From the NCBI GenBank assembly GCA_050230475.1, contig JBFLGF010000017.1, forward strand, positions 62,001-126,000: DNA of 64,000 nucleotides. The letters run 5' to 3'. Position 1 is the first letter of the stretch; each line of letters starts with the position of its first letter. The position numbers and the translations under genes are program-made. Source of the stretch: Ancylonema sp. Lineage: Eukaryota. The notes under the pieces are model-generated. The model worked only from the letters and a program-made list of their open reading frames with translations. It ran no database searches and was not told the origin of the DNA. Shown here one piece after another: positions 1 through 13,438 of the stretch.

Positions 1-2025
1 ACAGCTCATCTCCTGAAGTCGGACACCACTGGCTGAATAGATCACGTTAACAACATTGAACATTGAACCCATGTCAGACAGAAACAGAATATGAACGTTT
101 GCACTTAGCTCGTGTCTCCTACAGTTGAAGCTTTATGAGGCACAGGTTACTGAACAGGTTACCGTACCCCAGTGTACATACTGCTGGCATCTCTTGGCAA
201 GCTCTTGAGGCGATTCCGAGGGAGAGAGTCTTGCACTCTCAGCGATGAGCGTCAACGCTTGCTGCTGCCTCGCAGCGGCAATGACATTTACGAGGGCATG
301 TGGAGACCTGGTTTGCGGACCCAAGCTCATCCTCGAGTCCAGCGCCTCCAGATTCAGGTCCTTCACTTTATTCTTCAGATAGCGACGGGATCGTACAGAC
401 ACACGAGCGAATATGCGTCAATGCCAGGCGGTTTTTTCGCTGTGTTCTACAAACTGAACCAGTGAGAGATCGCCAAGTTGCGTCCGCAGCAGATCGTAGC
501 GAATTGATAGTGAGCAGGAACAAAGGATTTCCGGACGCTGCATGCTATCCATATCACAGTACATTGAGACGAAGCGGTGCCAGAATTACCTGCAGTGTCA
601 TTTGCTTCCTCCTGATTATGCTGCCCAGGTTGCTCGACTTGTTGGCTCTGTCTGAGGTGGAACCAGAATCAGCTTGAAACTCACAGTACACAAACTTGCA
701 AGGCGCGTTCGTCGTTGATCGGTTACAAGGCAGTTGCTTTCTCAGCAGAACGTCTGAAGCATTCCTGCAACTGTGGAGAGGAACTGCGTGCAACATTTCG
801 ATAGAGTAGTCTTGCAAGTTCCGATACAGTGATATTGGCCAATATATTCAGCCAATTTGATGCTACGTAGGACGGGAGTAACCCAAAAAAATGACTACGT
901 CTGCGAACTCTGATTCAGCACCCTGCATACATCAGAAATTAGCAGAGATCGGGACCACTCCGCCCTGTGTAAATCAGAATTGTTTCTCAAAGCCCTTCTT
1001 CTCGTACAGATCACAAGTTTCAGCATCATAGCGAGTACGTCTGACACTGTCAGAGAAACTCTGATGTTCTTCATGGCTCATGCAGAGATGGTCAACCCCG
1101 TTGCATCTGAGATTCGCGAGCGCGTGAGCGCATGAGGGCGAAATGGCAAGAAAGTCAGGATCATATTACGAGCGCAGATCATATGAGCGCATATGTAGGT
1201 AAGGCACACAAATTGCGCTCATCCTGCGCTTATTGCGCTCGTGTGGCTCAGTTTGCGCCCATACAGATTTTGCACTCATTTTGCGCTCATCTTTACCTGA
1301 GCCAACTGAGCTGCGCTCTTTGTGGCGCGCCAGTGAAGTATTTTCCGCTCATGGTACGTTCACGGGCGCAATCCCCGCTCATGACAGCCTGAATTGCTAC
1401 AACGTCCGGAACGAAACACAAACGTCACGAGCATCACGTGGCACCTTGGTGCAAACTTATCTAGCATGGTGCAACCATCCAAGAATTGTGTATAATGTGA
1501 GTAGTGTCCGCATCCATCTTAAGTTGTCCTCATTGATGATTGAAGCAATCTCCATTTGACACAACGATGGAGCTTAGAGAATATGAATTGCCAAAGCTTT
1601 CAAACATCAACAATTAAACAAAAAATTGGGGAGTCCTCTGTCACTCGTTTCCAAATGCATACATTGCTGATTGCTGAACATTATGCGTCTATAGGCAACA
1701 TCGAATGGTTTGGACATACTCATACCCCCAAAATACTTTGTATACATCCCTGCGTATGAGCCCCGCTTGCTAAACACTACTGCCATACAAAAAAAAAAAA
1801 ACGCGTCTCCACCCCCACTACGGCAAGACCTCCGAGCCCAAACTACTGACCCTACTCAAATGGATTATATGCACGAAGCCTCTATATAGTACAGGTTGAC
1901 CACCAGACCAAGTACAACATTTTGACATAAACTGCCAACTACGAGTTCCAAAAAATCCACTGCGACTGAATTTATCGACAAGAGGGAAAATGTAAAGCGG
2001 GGGGGACAAAAAAAAAAAAAAAAAA

Positions 2026-5000
2026 CTACCTAGACATTGCTGACACCTGGATCCCACTTGAAACGAGATTGAGCACCCCCTGTGGATTCATCCTTCTCAT
2101 CTTCGCCACCAGCAATAACCTCCGCTCACTTTCACTCCCTTTTGTGGCTTCAACGACTTCCCCTCGACTCCTGTCTTTCCGACCACCCTCCTTCCCACCC
2201 CCCATCCCTTTCGCCTCTCCGCTTGTCAAGCCCGCCCCCCAGCCTACCAACCCACGAAACTTCCCACCCCCCTTACCCTCCACCTTTCCCCCTGCCCCGC
2301 CCTCCACCTTCGCAGAGGGAGCCAATTTGGCGGAGGGTCCAAAGATTGAGGACGCTTGTATGAGTGCCCTTTTTGTCTTCAAGTTGACGTCGAATTTGTG
2401 CGTGAACTGGGCTTCACTCGCCCTCTTCCTGTCGTCCTCAGATGCAGGCAGGAGTCGTGTCCCCAACCCTAGCTTCCTCGCCTCCGCCTCCTCTAACGCC
2501 ACGCGTTTCTTCTGGGCCTGTTACGACAAGAATAACGTTAAAATGCAACAAATGAGTACTGAAAGACGGAGGGAGAAAAAAAAAAAAAAAACTTGAACAG
2601 ACACATATGCTCCACCTCGGAGCTCCAGGACTTCCTACCCCAACCCCGACAACGGAGTCCCCCACCCCCCACCCCCACCACAACTCCTTCCGCTTATTTG
2701 TAAACATAGTCCCCTACCCCAAACCGAAAATCCTCTTCCAGCTTCCAGCCCAGTTCTCTATACACTACAACCCTTCCCCTTCCTGCTTCCCACCAGAACT
2801 GGTCCCCTTACATAACCCAAACTACACCCCCCAACCCCCCCTCCACCTATCCTCCCCCCCTTACTCTCAGCATATCTCTGAGCGCCCTGTTCCTCTTCCA
2901 TGGGTCTGCATGCCTGGCGTCCTGCTGCTGCTTCAGCTGGAGGACACGTGGCGCCTGCTCCTTGGCCCTCGCTTTATCCCCCCCCACGTGCTCCAGCTTG
3001 AACAGAGGGTCCTCCAACTGCTCCTGCTCTGTAATCACACAGGACAGGACAGGACAGGGGGGTGGAAGGTGTGCATGTCAAACATGGCTCATCATGGTTG
3101 ATAGGATGAAGGAGGATCAGACAGGGACTTTCATCATTACAAATGGTAAATTATAGATTATGGTTTGTAATATCATCGTCCACCTTGTTCCCTCAGTGAC
3201 CAGCTGAACCAGAACTCCATCCAATTTTTTTTAAATAAATGTTTTTATCTCACCCTTCTTATCCGGCAGCGCTTGCGTCTCCGCATCCTCCGCCTCAAAC
3301 TCCTCCGCCTTCTGACGCCCTCCGCTCACCTGGACCATCATGCCAACAGCAGGCCAAAATAAGGCCAACCAGAATTCTGTGTCATACTCAAATTCATACA
3401 ATATTCATATTCACATTCATATTCATATCGCAATGGTAATTCGTAGCCATATTCTCATTCGTTTTCTATTCGCATTCAAAGTCCCCCCTTGACTTCTTGT
3501 CCAGATTCACACCACATGTCACTTTGGCAAAGCCGTCCCTCTCTCTAGTGCCAATTAAGTGGACGCGAATCTGTTCCTAAAAGCTGGTGCCTTTTCAGCA
3601 ATTTCTGAATATAAACGGGGTGTCTCATAAGAAACGGAGTGTATATAATATTTGTTCCCTCTACAAGATACGCAAGTAGGGGACACAATTGTAGACAACA
3701 CACACTCTTCACGTTTTATACGCCTGTAGATAGTGTATGTTTTTTTTTTTTATAGTGCACAATAGTAGGTGATACTTGAGTTCTTCTAATAGGTTCATTA
3801 CCCCCCCCCCAAAGTCGCCAATCATCCAATAGTTGTGTACTAAATAAAACTGCCACAGGCAGAGAGGCGGATAAGAATTAGTACTCACCACTATATAGGC
3901 GCAAGCTTTGGGGTCTGTTTGAATCTCAATGTCGTGCTGACAGCATGCCGACTTCATCTTGAAGCTCCATATCTGAACCCCCAACAACGGCAACAGGTCT
4001 TGAGAGACGATTATGAAGGTCAACATACAGACACGCATGCATGCATGCATGCACGTAGAACCTGTTTATGTTTTCTTTCAGTTTCTTTCATCCCCAGAGA
4101 CTGTGATCCCGGACCCCCTCCCCACCTTGGTCGAGAAGTAGTTCCCCACTTGTTTCTTCTCCGCGTTAAACCTCACCCCCTTGGCAATCATGGACTCGCA
4201 GCCTCCACACCACGTGTTGAAAGGCATCTCGAACCTGAGGGGGCCGAGGGGAGGGGGGACAGGTGAGAGATTGTAGGTGACGAGGCTTCTTCTCAGACTT
4301 GTGAACAGTTGAAAGCCGCAAAGGCTGCTTTGGTGGAACACACCTGGAACGGGATGGTGCACAGTACAGCCAATCCTCTGTACCACTACTTTCGGTAGCC
4401 TTGACCTGAAGTGAGCCCTTAGCAGGGTTTAACTGTGAGGTATTACCCTGATACAACACTCCAGAGAGATTTCCGGCAAGGATTCTGTCTACGCCTTGAG
4501 CTCATTATGATTGTACAAACTTGGAATCGAGTTCGTCTGCTGACATTGTAAAAAAGGGAAGAGAGTTACCGAATCACAAGGATGCCTTGGTCGATCTTTT
4601 TTGCTCTCTCCCGCAAAGGATGTTGCTTTTGAAACTTGTTGAGGCCACCCTGGAGAGTTATCGAGGATCAAGGAAGACAGGATCAGTCTAAGTTCTTGAT
4701 ATCTACTTGCATCACGTCAGGGTATAAGATTTTAGGAGCATCAGCCGCTCGCAGAGTGCCCGTCTAACAAGTATGAGCAAGGCGAGTTGTGTAGCAGAGA
4801 GAGAACTGATTGAGAGGATTATCTCATATGTATGCCCATTATACAGGGAGCCTCGGACTTATATTCGAGGCCGACAGGGATTTTGAACGAGCGAGGAACA
4901 AACAACGATTTCCCTGCCAGAAAGAGGGCGGCGGTTGATCACCAGAAGCAACCCAGATCCCAGATCTGACCCCAAACTGCCAAACTTGTATTACTATTCC

Positions 5001-5367
5001 TCTGAATTGCTTGTGAGTTCTTGTTTTTCATATTCTCACGAGGCATAAGACACGAGTATACTGAGGGTGACGTGTGTGGTATCGCAGTCAGGGAGTTGAA
5101 TACCTTTTTCGGGTCCCATTCTGGAGGGTAGTAGAAATTGTCAGCCCGGGCTGCAGCAAGAGTCGACTGCAACGAAAAGGGGGGAACAAGTACAGCGAGA
5201 CAGGTGTTACCCAAGCCGGGAAAATCCATGCGCCACTGCAACTTATGTTCAATAACAAGACGAACTGGCACGGGACGAGTCAGGACATTAAAGAGTGGAA
5301 ATACTTGCTGCCGGCGACATAGCTAGCAAAGGCATGACCGAAAAAATGATATAAGTACACGCACCAT
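2026..5367 (-). CDS. CCDC130: CCDC130/YJU2B (CWC16 family) splicing factor. Exons: 5365-5367, 5104-5166, 4570-4649, 4126-4234, 3889-3972, 3254-3329, 2865-3028, 2026-2517
   Basis: The spliced translation reads MSTLAAARADNFYYPPEWDPKK/GGLNKFQKQHPLRERAKKIDQGILVIR/FEMPFNTWCGGC..GVRFNAEKKQVGNYFSTK/IWSFKMKSACC..EIQTDPK, which is the hallmark of the family. All introns are GT-AG with compatible phases. Confidence 0.93.
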
Positions 5368-5665
5368 GATTGCCGCTTATGAACTCGATAACAAACGTGG
5401 TCAACTTTTTCCTATCAAGGAAATGGTCCCGACTGCGCGATGTACAGAGATATGTGTGTCAGGTTTGTCAATAACTTATTGCTCACTAAAGAGCAGTAAG
5501 TTTTAACTTCGTGCCTTTTGAATAGGGATGCTTCTTTGTTTGCCTTCCAACTTCTTTACAAAAGCTACACAGACACAGGACCTTCTGGGCAATTCCTGAC
5601 TTCCACGGAACAGGGACCACAACATGCGGACGACATGAGGACGTCCGTGTCCCCGGATTCCGGTA

Positions 5666-6186
5666 AACTCAAACCCTGATATAAGAAACTTCTCGTTAAA
5701 ATAAACTTTTATCTCAACATTATTTTTGCCCATATTAAACTCCCCCGATATTAGCACAAGAAACTCCGATAGAAGAAACACAGTTTCCGATTTTTAGTAT
5801 TACGGGTTTCTTATACGGAGTAAAAACCCCACTAAATTATTAGTCCCGTTAAAAACATCCTTCATCAACTAGTACTTCGTATATTTATTTCCTCACATAA
5901 TTTTCTTGCAACTGCCTGTGATCTAATAATTTTACGTGAGTGCAAATATTATCACGACATCTTCGAAGGTCCCCCGAATCAGGTATTGCACGTCCACATG
6001 TACAACAAATATTATCGCACGCTCAAAAAATTGACGTCCTCGATCCACGTGTCCAATCCTCGTTGAAATAACCATCTTCGCATAAAGGTCTCCTACATAA
6101 AGTTTCTTATACACAATATAATAAATATTCGATGTGAGAAACTTTTCTGCCAACTTTTTTGAGTTTCTTATATCGGGGTTTGAGGG
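5666..6186. mobile_element. TA-flanked Tc1/mariner-type MITE
   Basis: Terminal inverted repeats CTCAAACCCTGATATAAGAAACT / AGTTTCTTATATCGGGGTTTGAG; TA at 5664-5665 and 6187-6188. Confidence 0.7.
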
Positions 6187-6209
6187 TACAGTGAAATGAA
6201 CTCTCGATA

Positions 6210-7079
6210 CAGTGCTCCCTCGATGTAACGACCTTCTTTATAAAGTCAACCTCGATATCAAAACAATTTTTGGAACTTTTTAAAAATCAATATGAAATCG
6301 TCTTGGATAAAAGCATAATGACGGCCTATATAAAGATAGTTTATTTAAGAATTATGTTTCTAGATGTCCTTATGTTGTGTATAGAACGCTACTTCTCGTA
6401 GAAAACCATGTATGGAAATCGAGAAAAATATACAGTCCTCATGAAGGACACTTTAGATTCTCTAGAACGTAACCGAGTCCGTTTGTTATGCCATATTGAA
6501 CGTGATGGTGACAATGTTGTAACGTATTGCCAATCGCGAAATTGTACACAAAGGATTGAGATATTTTGGTATATTGGAATGTGTTTTAGCAATTGTGCAT
6601 ATTGTTTGCGATTCACATTTCGGAAATAAATAAGTTATCTTCATTACAAGTATTGGTGTGTCTTGCCTAACAAAAAAAAATGTCCATGTTGTTCATTGTT
6701 CCCGCCGTTCATTGCGTTTACCCCATGTCCAACAAAACATGTGGATAGTTTGTTGCTACGTACCACCTTAATACTTCCCCAAACCTCCTCTTAAAAAAAT
6801 AAAAAATAAAATGTTGGTAGTCGCCATGTATTGGTCTCATTACGCACTTCTATAGCTTGTAATACAACACAGACGCTGAAATGGATGATGATGCCAATGC
6901 AACTTACGTAGGCAACATGCAAGCAACACATTCGCTTCGCTTCATTCGCGATGTCCCTCGACACAAGGACACACATTAAAAATTGTATTAGTAAATGTCC
7001 ATATACATTGTATAAGAACACCTCGATATGAGGACATGTCTTTTTATGTATTTTGTGTCCTTATATCGAGGGAGCACTG
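6210..7079. mobile_element. pogo/Tigger-like non-autonomous DNA transposon
   Basis: Perfect 15-bp TIR CAGTGCTCCCTCGAT ... ATCGAGGGAGCACTG with TA on both sides. Confidence 0.8.
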
Positions 7080-9142
7080 TATAGTAACATGTTAAAGGAC
7101 GGTGTAGTAGTTTGGCTGGTGATGATGATGATGATGAACCGAAAAATGTATTCCGAGAGTGGATCGGATCATTATTATACTGGTAATCAATTCGGCCGCC
7201 TTGATCGCGTGAAAGTTAATCTGTTATGGACAAGGGTGGATCATCATACTAAAATTGGCCACCCGAGCTTCCGTAGCTTTCTGAGCTCATTACATTCCGA
7301 GAGCGTTTATATTTGTGATGTGAATGTCATGTTACCGTTCGAACTTGCACTTTGGAAAGAATCCACTTCCACTACTACGATGGTTGGATGGAAAGAGCAC
7401 CATCCTCACTAATTCATCATCCTCACTCCCCCCCATGTCCCCCTCCAACTCCTCCAGCCAGTCATAATTTGTATATGACTATGCGTCAAAGTGTCCCTCA
7501 TCCGCGTCACATTCATAGATCTCCCTCCGTGACATGTTTCCCTTGTTCTATCGAAGATTGGTGTTGTTTGATTTCGATTTGATTGATTTTCTTTCTTGGC
7601 CTTATTTATCCATTACGTGGAGTGTCATTATGTGGAGGGTAGTTATATCGAGGGTCGTCTTATCGACGGTATCTTGTACGTAGGGTGCGGGGAGCCCATG
7701 CCTGTGGTTTGGACTGCTGGCTCTATAGCCTGCAACCCGAAGCCCCGATCAGAGCACGCACCCCGGCTCAGAGCCCATAGCCCGCAACGGAGATCAGTGA
7801 TTGTAGGAATTATATCGGATAGCCATGTTTGCAAGTGTGCTAGTCCGGACTACCGGTTAGTGTAACCGGTAGGATTCCTAGGGTGTGCTTATATTGAGGG
7901 GCCGGACTTATGTCCCGGCACCCGAATAGGACGTTTCGATTGTGCCGTTTGTAGCACGTGCGGTCTAGATGGTTCCGAATCTAGACGTTATGTCTTGTCA
8001 CACTGTCCGGCATGTGCCGTTGTCAGGATCTGACTTCTTGTTGTGTTTTGATAGGCCGACGGTCCGGTAGATACGACCGTCGGCACGCTTTGTAGATTCT
8101 TGTTTTGGACGAGGCATTGTGGTATACCTACACGATGCCGACCATTCAATAATAATTCTTCCAACACAATACTTGTCATGTCATCTTTGAGAGACGAAGT
8201 TCCTTGTACGGAAAGATTCACACGATTTGCACACCTATCACGTAACGCTAAAAGTGATGATGCTTTGCTGAACAAATAATTTGCCAACTGTGACTCACGA
8301 CGAAGTCACCAAGGCTACGAGCGGGCGGCAGAGAAGCATACATCGTGTGTCACCTAATCCGTGGCCTTTCTCCCGATTTTTAATTTATGTTCTAACGAAG
8401 CCCATATGACCCTAGGATTGCCCAAATGAGCCCATCAATGTTGGGCTATGCGCTCCGGGCTGTGGGCTCCGAGGCTAGGTTTTTCTGACCTTCAGGCTCC
8501 GGGCTACATGATCCGGAGCTTATGGGCTGAGGTCTTTTTTAGGCTGCGGGCTCTCAACACCCTATCAAATAGGGATAGGGATAGGGATCTTTTGGGGCGG
8601 GATTGTCCTTGCAAATCCGGCCCCGCTTTCCACCCTGGGCGAGCCCGCCCCGGGCGAAAAATATTTCGCCCGGGGCGGGGCCATAAAGGTTTATAAGGTT
8701 ATTCGTAAAAGGACCCCAAAACTACGTAGACCACGTTTAAAAAAAAAAAAAAAAAAAAAACTGACAAGTTTTCGAGATTTTATAACACTTTGTTCGTTTG
8801 CCATATTAACTTGTGTAATATACTTTTGTATATCTCAAGTTTTTTTTTTTTGTTTTTTTGTTTTTATCGCATTACACCACACCACGCCACGGAGTTGGAC
8901 TCATGGGTGACATTAAGATGATTTCGGGTGTGTGGCGTGTGGCGCACGTTGTGTAAGAAGTTGGTTTTGAACCAAACCAACCATATCTCCGCATTGCGAC
9001 ATTTTTTTTTGGGGGGAGACTGCGGGCACCCCCCTCCGACTGGCCCGCAGTCTTTCCCTTAAAAATAGGTAAGTTCAAAAAACCATAGCGTCCAAACGTT
9101 TTGCGATATTCAAAATATTTTTTCTTTCCACTGTAGAGGAGA

Positions 9143-12100
9143 AAAACACCAATAGACCAATGAAAAATTAATGGGATGGGATGTCACGTGTCTTCGTCTA
9201 GTGCCCTCATTACGCCTCCATTTTTTATGCCGTAAAATTTTGTGGGTAGCTATTCTTACCAGCTTCAGTTTAAGCTGTGCCACGTTACGTGATTCTACGG
9301 ATCGCCTGCGTGGTGATTATCCGTTGGCCTCCGCATTCAAATCACCGCGCCCGGGAGGCAGTCACGCGATCTTTTCTAAGTGGCGCATATCTTGTTCATT
9401 CTTGGATTTTTAAAGTTCAGTATGTAGCCTTTGTACAGGCTACTTTTTGAGCTCAAGTAGGTGTTAGGGGTCGCCGTATTACTTCCGCAATGTCATTTCG
9501 TTTTCAGCTGATTTTGGCCTAGTTTGAGACCCTACGGCAACGGGCCGGAGGGGCAACGGCCGGAGGGGGAGGGACTCAAGGGTCCTCCCTCCCCCAGCTT
9601 TCAGCTAGGGGTAGGCCTTTGATTTACTGCCCCAACAATTGTGGAAATCACTATACGGGCGCCGCATGGTTGGCACGTCATGTCGCATTATGTGTTCCGG
9701 CCCCTGCATTGAGTGGGGGAGGCCCCGCACATGCTTCACCAGCCCGTCCCCGCCTCCCACCTCCGTCTTCGTGGTCGTGGGCCCTCGATACTGCACTTCG
9801 CGATCCTACTGCCACAGGATTGTGCCAGCCCCGCCTATATTGGAAGATCCCTTATGCCATCCGGGTAGAAGTCCAACGCGCTTTTGTGCTTCCGCTCCGT
9901 CGCTTGAGGGATGACCCTAGGAATATTGCTGCGTGTGCCCTGTTTGGTGCCTTCCCCTCCCACACCACGGGGGTCAGGCTGGCCATAGGGAAACGAGGCG
10001 ACGTATTACTCGTGGGGGGGATTGGTAATGGGAATCGCTGCATCATGAGCATATTGCTCGCTGTACCCCACCCCCTCAGGAGAGAGGCACCAGCGGAGGG
10101 GGGGATGCGGGGGAGGGGACGGATGGTGGGAGGAGGGAGGCGGGAAGAAGTGGGGGCGTCGGAGGCACAATTGGGTAAGGTGGAGGGGGTGGGGGGAATC
10201 TTAAACGTGCGCTTCTTTTGGGAAGGAGTGGTGAGCTCGGGCCCTAGTGTCACAACCTCTAGCGCGTGGGACGGAATATTGCATATTGAACGTGCACTAC
10301 TCTCCTTTATGTAAAAGCAAAGTATTCAACAAGTGCAAATTCAGAATTCATATTTCAATTCATCATGGTCTCCTTGCAAGAAATTATTCTTCAAAAAGAT
10401 AGTAGAAAGTTCTGACTCGTGAGTCTTAGTACAAACCAACGCAAATCCTAACTGATGCAACTTCTGGGATCGACAGCCCCTGACCTCTAAGCATACCCAC
10501 GTATCACTTATGTGTCACTATCTCACACCTAGTGTCTTGTAAAGTCGACACGTTATCTGTCAATCCTTACACGCGTCCAAAAATCACCAAATTTTGTCAA
10601 CACGTGTAGCATCCTAAATAAAACACAACACAATTGAAATCACTCAATTCGGACCACGCATGACGCGTGTCGACCAATTCAAAGTTCTGACGGTTTACCG
10701 TCTGTACCCCTAATTTGCACTCAGAACGTAATACTTGTAAAATCCATATCTTTCTAACCACAACTCCAAATCAACTAATTCTTTCACTAAAATTATCCTT
10801 GAGTTATCATCTCTACAATTCACACATCGACACAACCCAAATTTTACTTACTGTACAGAGTTCTAGTTTCTCACAAGACGGAAGAGGCTGTGGCACAGCT
10901 GCGTGACTTGCACCCCATTGCCCCAGCTGCTCTCCCAGCTTTTGTTGGGGATTTCAGGCCTCCCGACGATTTCATTCTCGAGAGGGACTCATTCACTGTG
11001 GCGTTGCGAAGGACCCCAAGCCATTCTGCTGCAGGGTTGTCTGGAATGGTGTTTGAACATTTTCGTGACGTTCTCGATCCGGATGACCCTGCTAGTGGTT
11101 TTGACCTCTTGCCACGTGGCTGCTCATGTTGCGAGGCGTCGCATTCCGGCGTCTATTTGTCATCTATTGGGGGCATCTCGGCTGGTGGCGTTGGATAAGG
11201 GTGGCGGGGCGGTACGTCCCTTTGCTGTGGGGGGGGGGTTTTATCGTTTGATCAGCCGTGCGATATGCCTTCAGATCCGGGAGGCGCTTCACGGCCATTT
11301 CGAATGGCAGTACGGCTTTGCTTTTAAAGGGGGGTGTGAGATGGTAATCTGGGGGGTGCGACTTCTTTTGGAAGCGCGCGTCCATCTTGGGGTGTCATCC
11401 AGGTGGACGTGAAGAACGCATTCAACACCATCAACCGCCAGGCGTTCTTTGAGGGGGTTGAGTAGTTTGTTCCCGTTTGTGCGAGCTTTTTATGGGGGGG
11501 TCTTCCCCCTTATTCTTCCGTGCTAGTGATTTGGCGAGGGGGGAGGAGGTAGTGGAGTTGGCATCTTCGACCGGGACTCGTCAGGGGGATCCCCTTGGAG
11601 GGGTGATCCCCTTGGAGGGGTATTGTTCGCCCTCGGCCACCAACAGGCTCTTCTCCGGACTGCGCCTTCCCTTCAATTGCAGATGACACCCATATCGTGG
11701 GGTCCCCTCCCCGTGTGGTGGAGGCTTTTATTTTTTTTGTGGAGGAGCTCGTAAAACTCGGCCTTTCCGTGCAACCGGCCAAGTGTGTGGCGTGGTCACC
11801 ATCTGGTCGGGAGGTGTTTCCGATTCTTCCGGAGGGGTGTTCTTATGCTACAGATGGCATTCGTGTGTTGGGGGCGCGCCTTTTGGAACGAACGAGTTTG
11901 TGCGAGGCTTCTTGGCAGCTGCGTTGGAGGAAGATACGTGGGGTCTTCAACAATTATGCCTCCTTGAGGATCCGCAGGTGGCCCTCCGCCTACTTACGCA
12001 GGTGTTTGCTCGACCATCGTATCTGCTGCGTACTTGCCACCCTACCTCTTCCTTCCTCAACCAGCTCGGGGGGAATACGATGCGACGTCGTGGAGGGTTG

Positions 12101-13438
12101 TAGAGGCAGATCTATTGGGCGGGGTGGTTGGTTGCACTTCGGACCATATTGGTTTGTCGCGTGACCAAGCTTGTTTGCCGATCGCCCGGGCGGGTGTGGG
12201 TTTGGTTCGTACTCGGGTTCTTGCCCCAGTTGCTTTTATTGGCTCTTATGCTCTCGCCGCACCTGCACTCGCATCAGCTTTACAGCAGCACGGTTTATCA
12301 TTCGGCCCGTTTTTCAGCACGGTGGACGAGGGAGGTCTACGAACGCAGGTCGTGCTTCGAGAAGCGCGAGAGCTTCTTCACCCAACAGCTCGCGCGGCAC
12401 TGCCTCCATATGCCACCTTGGCCGTGGCTTCTGTTCCTCACTTGCAGCCGACACTTCTTGATGCTACCCACGCTGTTGCGTTTGAGGTGCCTGTGGCGAG
12501 CACCGATCTCGCGACATCCAGGGCGAGGCTTCGGTCCGCCAGTGGACCCGGTGCGGGTCATTGGCTACAGGCGTCCCCCATCATTCCCTCCCTTCGTATC
12601 CCCCTTCCCCTATTCCTTACTGCCGTGCGCTTGCGCCTCGGGTTTCCCCACCCTTGTCTTGCTACCTATGATACGTGCGCGTGCGGCAACTCTATGGACG
12701 CCCTGGGTACGCATCTTATGCGCTGCAGTCGAGGGGGGGAGCGCACTTCATCTCATGACTCGGTGCGAGATTCCGTATATCACATCCTCCGCGAGTCGGG
12801 TCCGCATGTTCAACGAGAACGTACGGGGTTTCTTCCGTCTTCCGCTCCGGGCGGTCGTGGGGGGCGAGTGGATATTGTTATTTCGGATGTGGTGGAGGGG
12901 CATATTTTGGTGGATGTGGTCATTGCTCACCCCACGCGGCGTGACTTGGTGGATCTCGCGGCTTGTCGAGGGTTGGTGGCCGCATAAGATGCAGAACGGC
13001 GCAAAGAAACTCATTATCGTGATCGCGCGGCAGGGACCAAGTTTATCCCGTTTGCGTTAGAGGCGTACGGTGCGCTTTCCGATGCAAGCAATCGGTTATT
13101 GGTGGATTGTGCTCACCGTGCGGCGCAACTGAATGGGCGGTCGGGGCGGAATGTTAGTTTGTTAGTTACTTGGTTTCGGCAGAGAGTTTCTGTTGCTTTA
13201 CAACGTTCTCTAGCACATGCAATCCATGCTAGAACGTTGCGATTGGAAGAGGGTATGGCTCTGTTACCTCCCCCCCCTCCGCGGGTGTTATTGTCGTCAG
13301 TAGAGTGAAGGATTGTTGCTCGGTTGTTTTAGGGTTGGGGTTGTTTTCCTTCTTCTGTTCCGTTAGGTTGGTACGATAACGTTGGTGTTGTACTCAGATG
13401 GGGTTCCCATCGTGCTTTAATAAAATGCGTCTCCTCTC
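9143..13438 (+). mobile_element. Near full-length, degenerate CRE-like non-LTR retrotransposon (RT plus restriction-like endonuclease), copy 1
   Basis: RT motifs QVDVKNAFNTI, STGTRQGDPLG and SIADDTHIVG; CCHC CACGNSMDALGTHLMRC; RLE motifs HDSVRD, RVDIVISD..ILVDV and FIPFALEAYG; N-terminal CxxxC..HxxxC. 12-bp TSD CTGTAGAGGAGA at 9131-9142 and 13439-13450. Frameshifts and stops are present. Confidence 0.9.
10277..10876. mobile_element. 600-bp AT-rich insertion inside the non-LTR element
   Basis: Flanked by a 7-bp duplication GACGGAA (10270-10276, 10877-10883). Copy 2 of the host element has a single GACGGAA and no insert. Confidence 0.75.

Noticed and set aside
1..1400. Short ORFs at 133-817 and a TGCGCTC-rich segment at 1125-1390
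   Set aside because: No recognisable protein motif. The repeat-rich part may be an old MITE, but TIRs and TSD could not be fixed.
8400..8700. GGGCT/GCCC-rich segments as MITE ends
   Set aside because: Likely TE remnants, but the boundaries and TSDs could not be supported.
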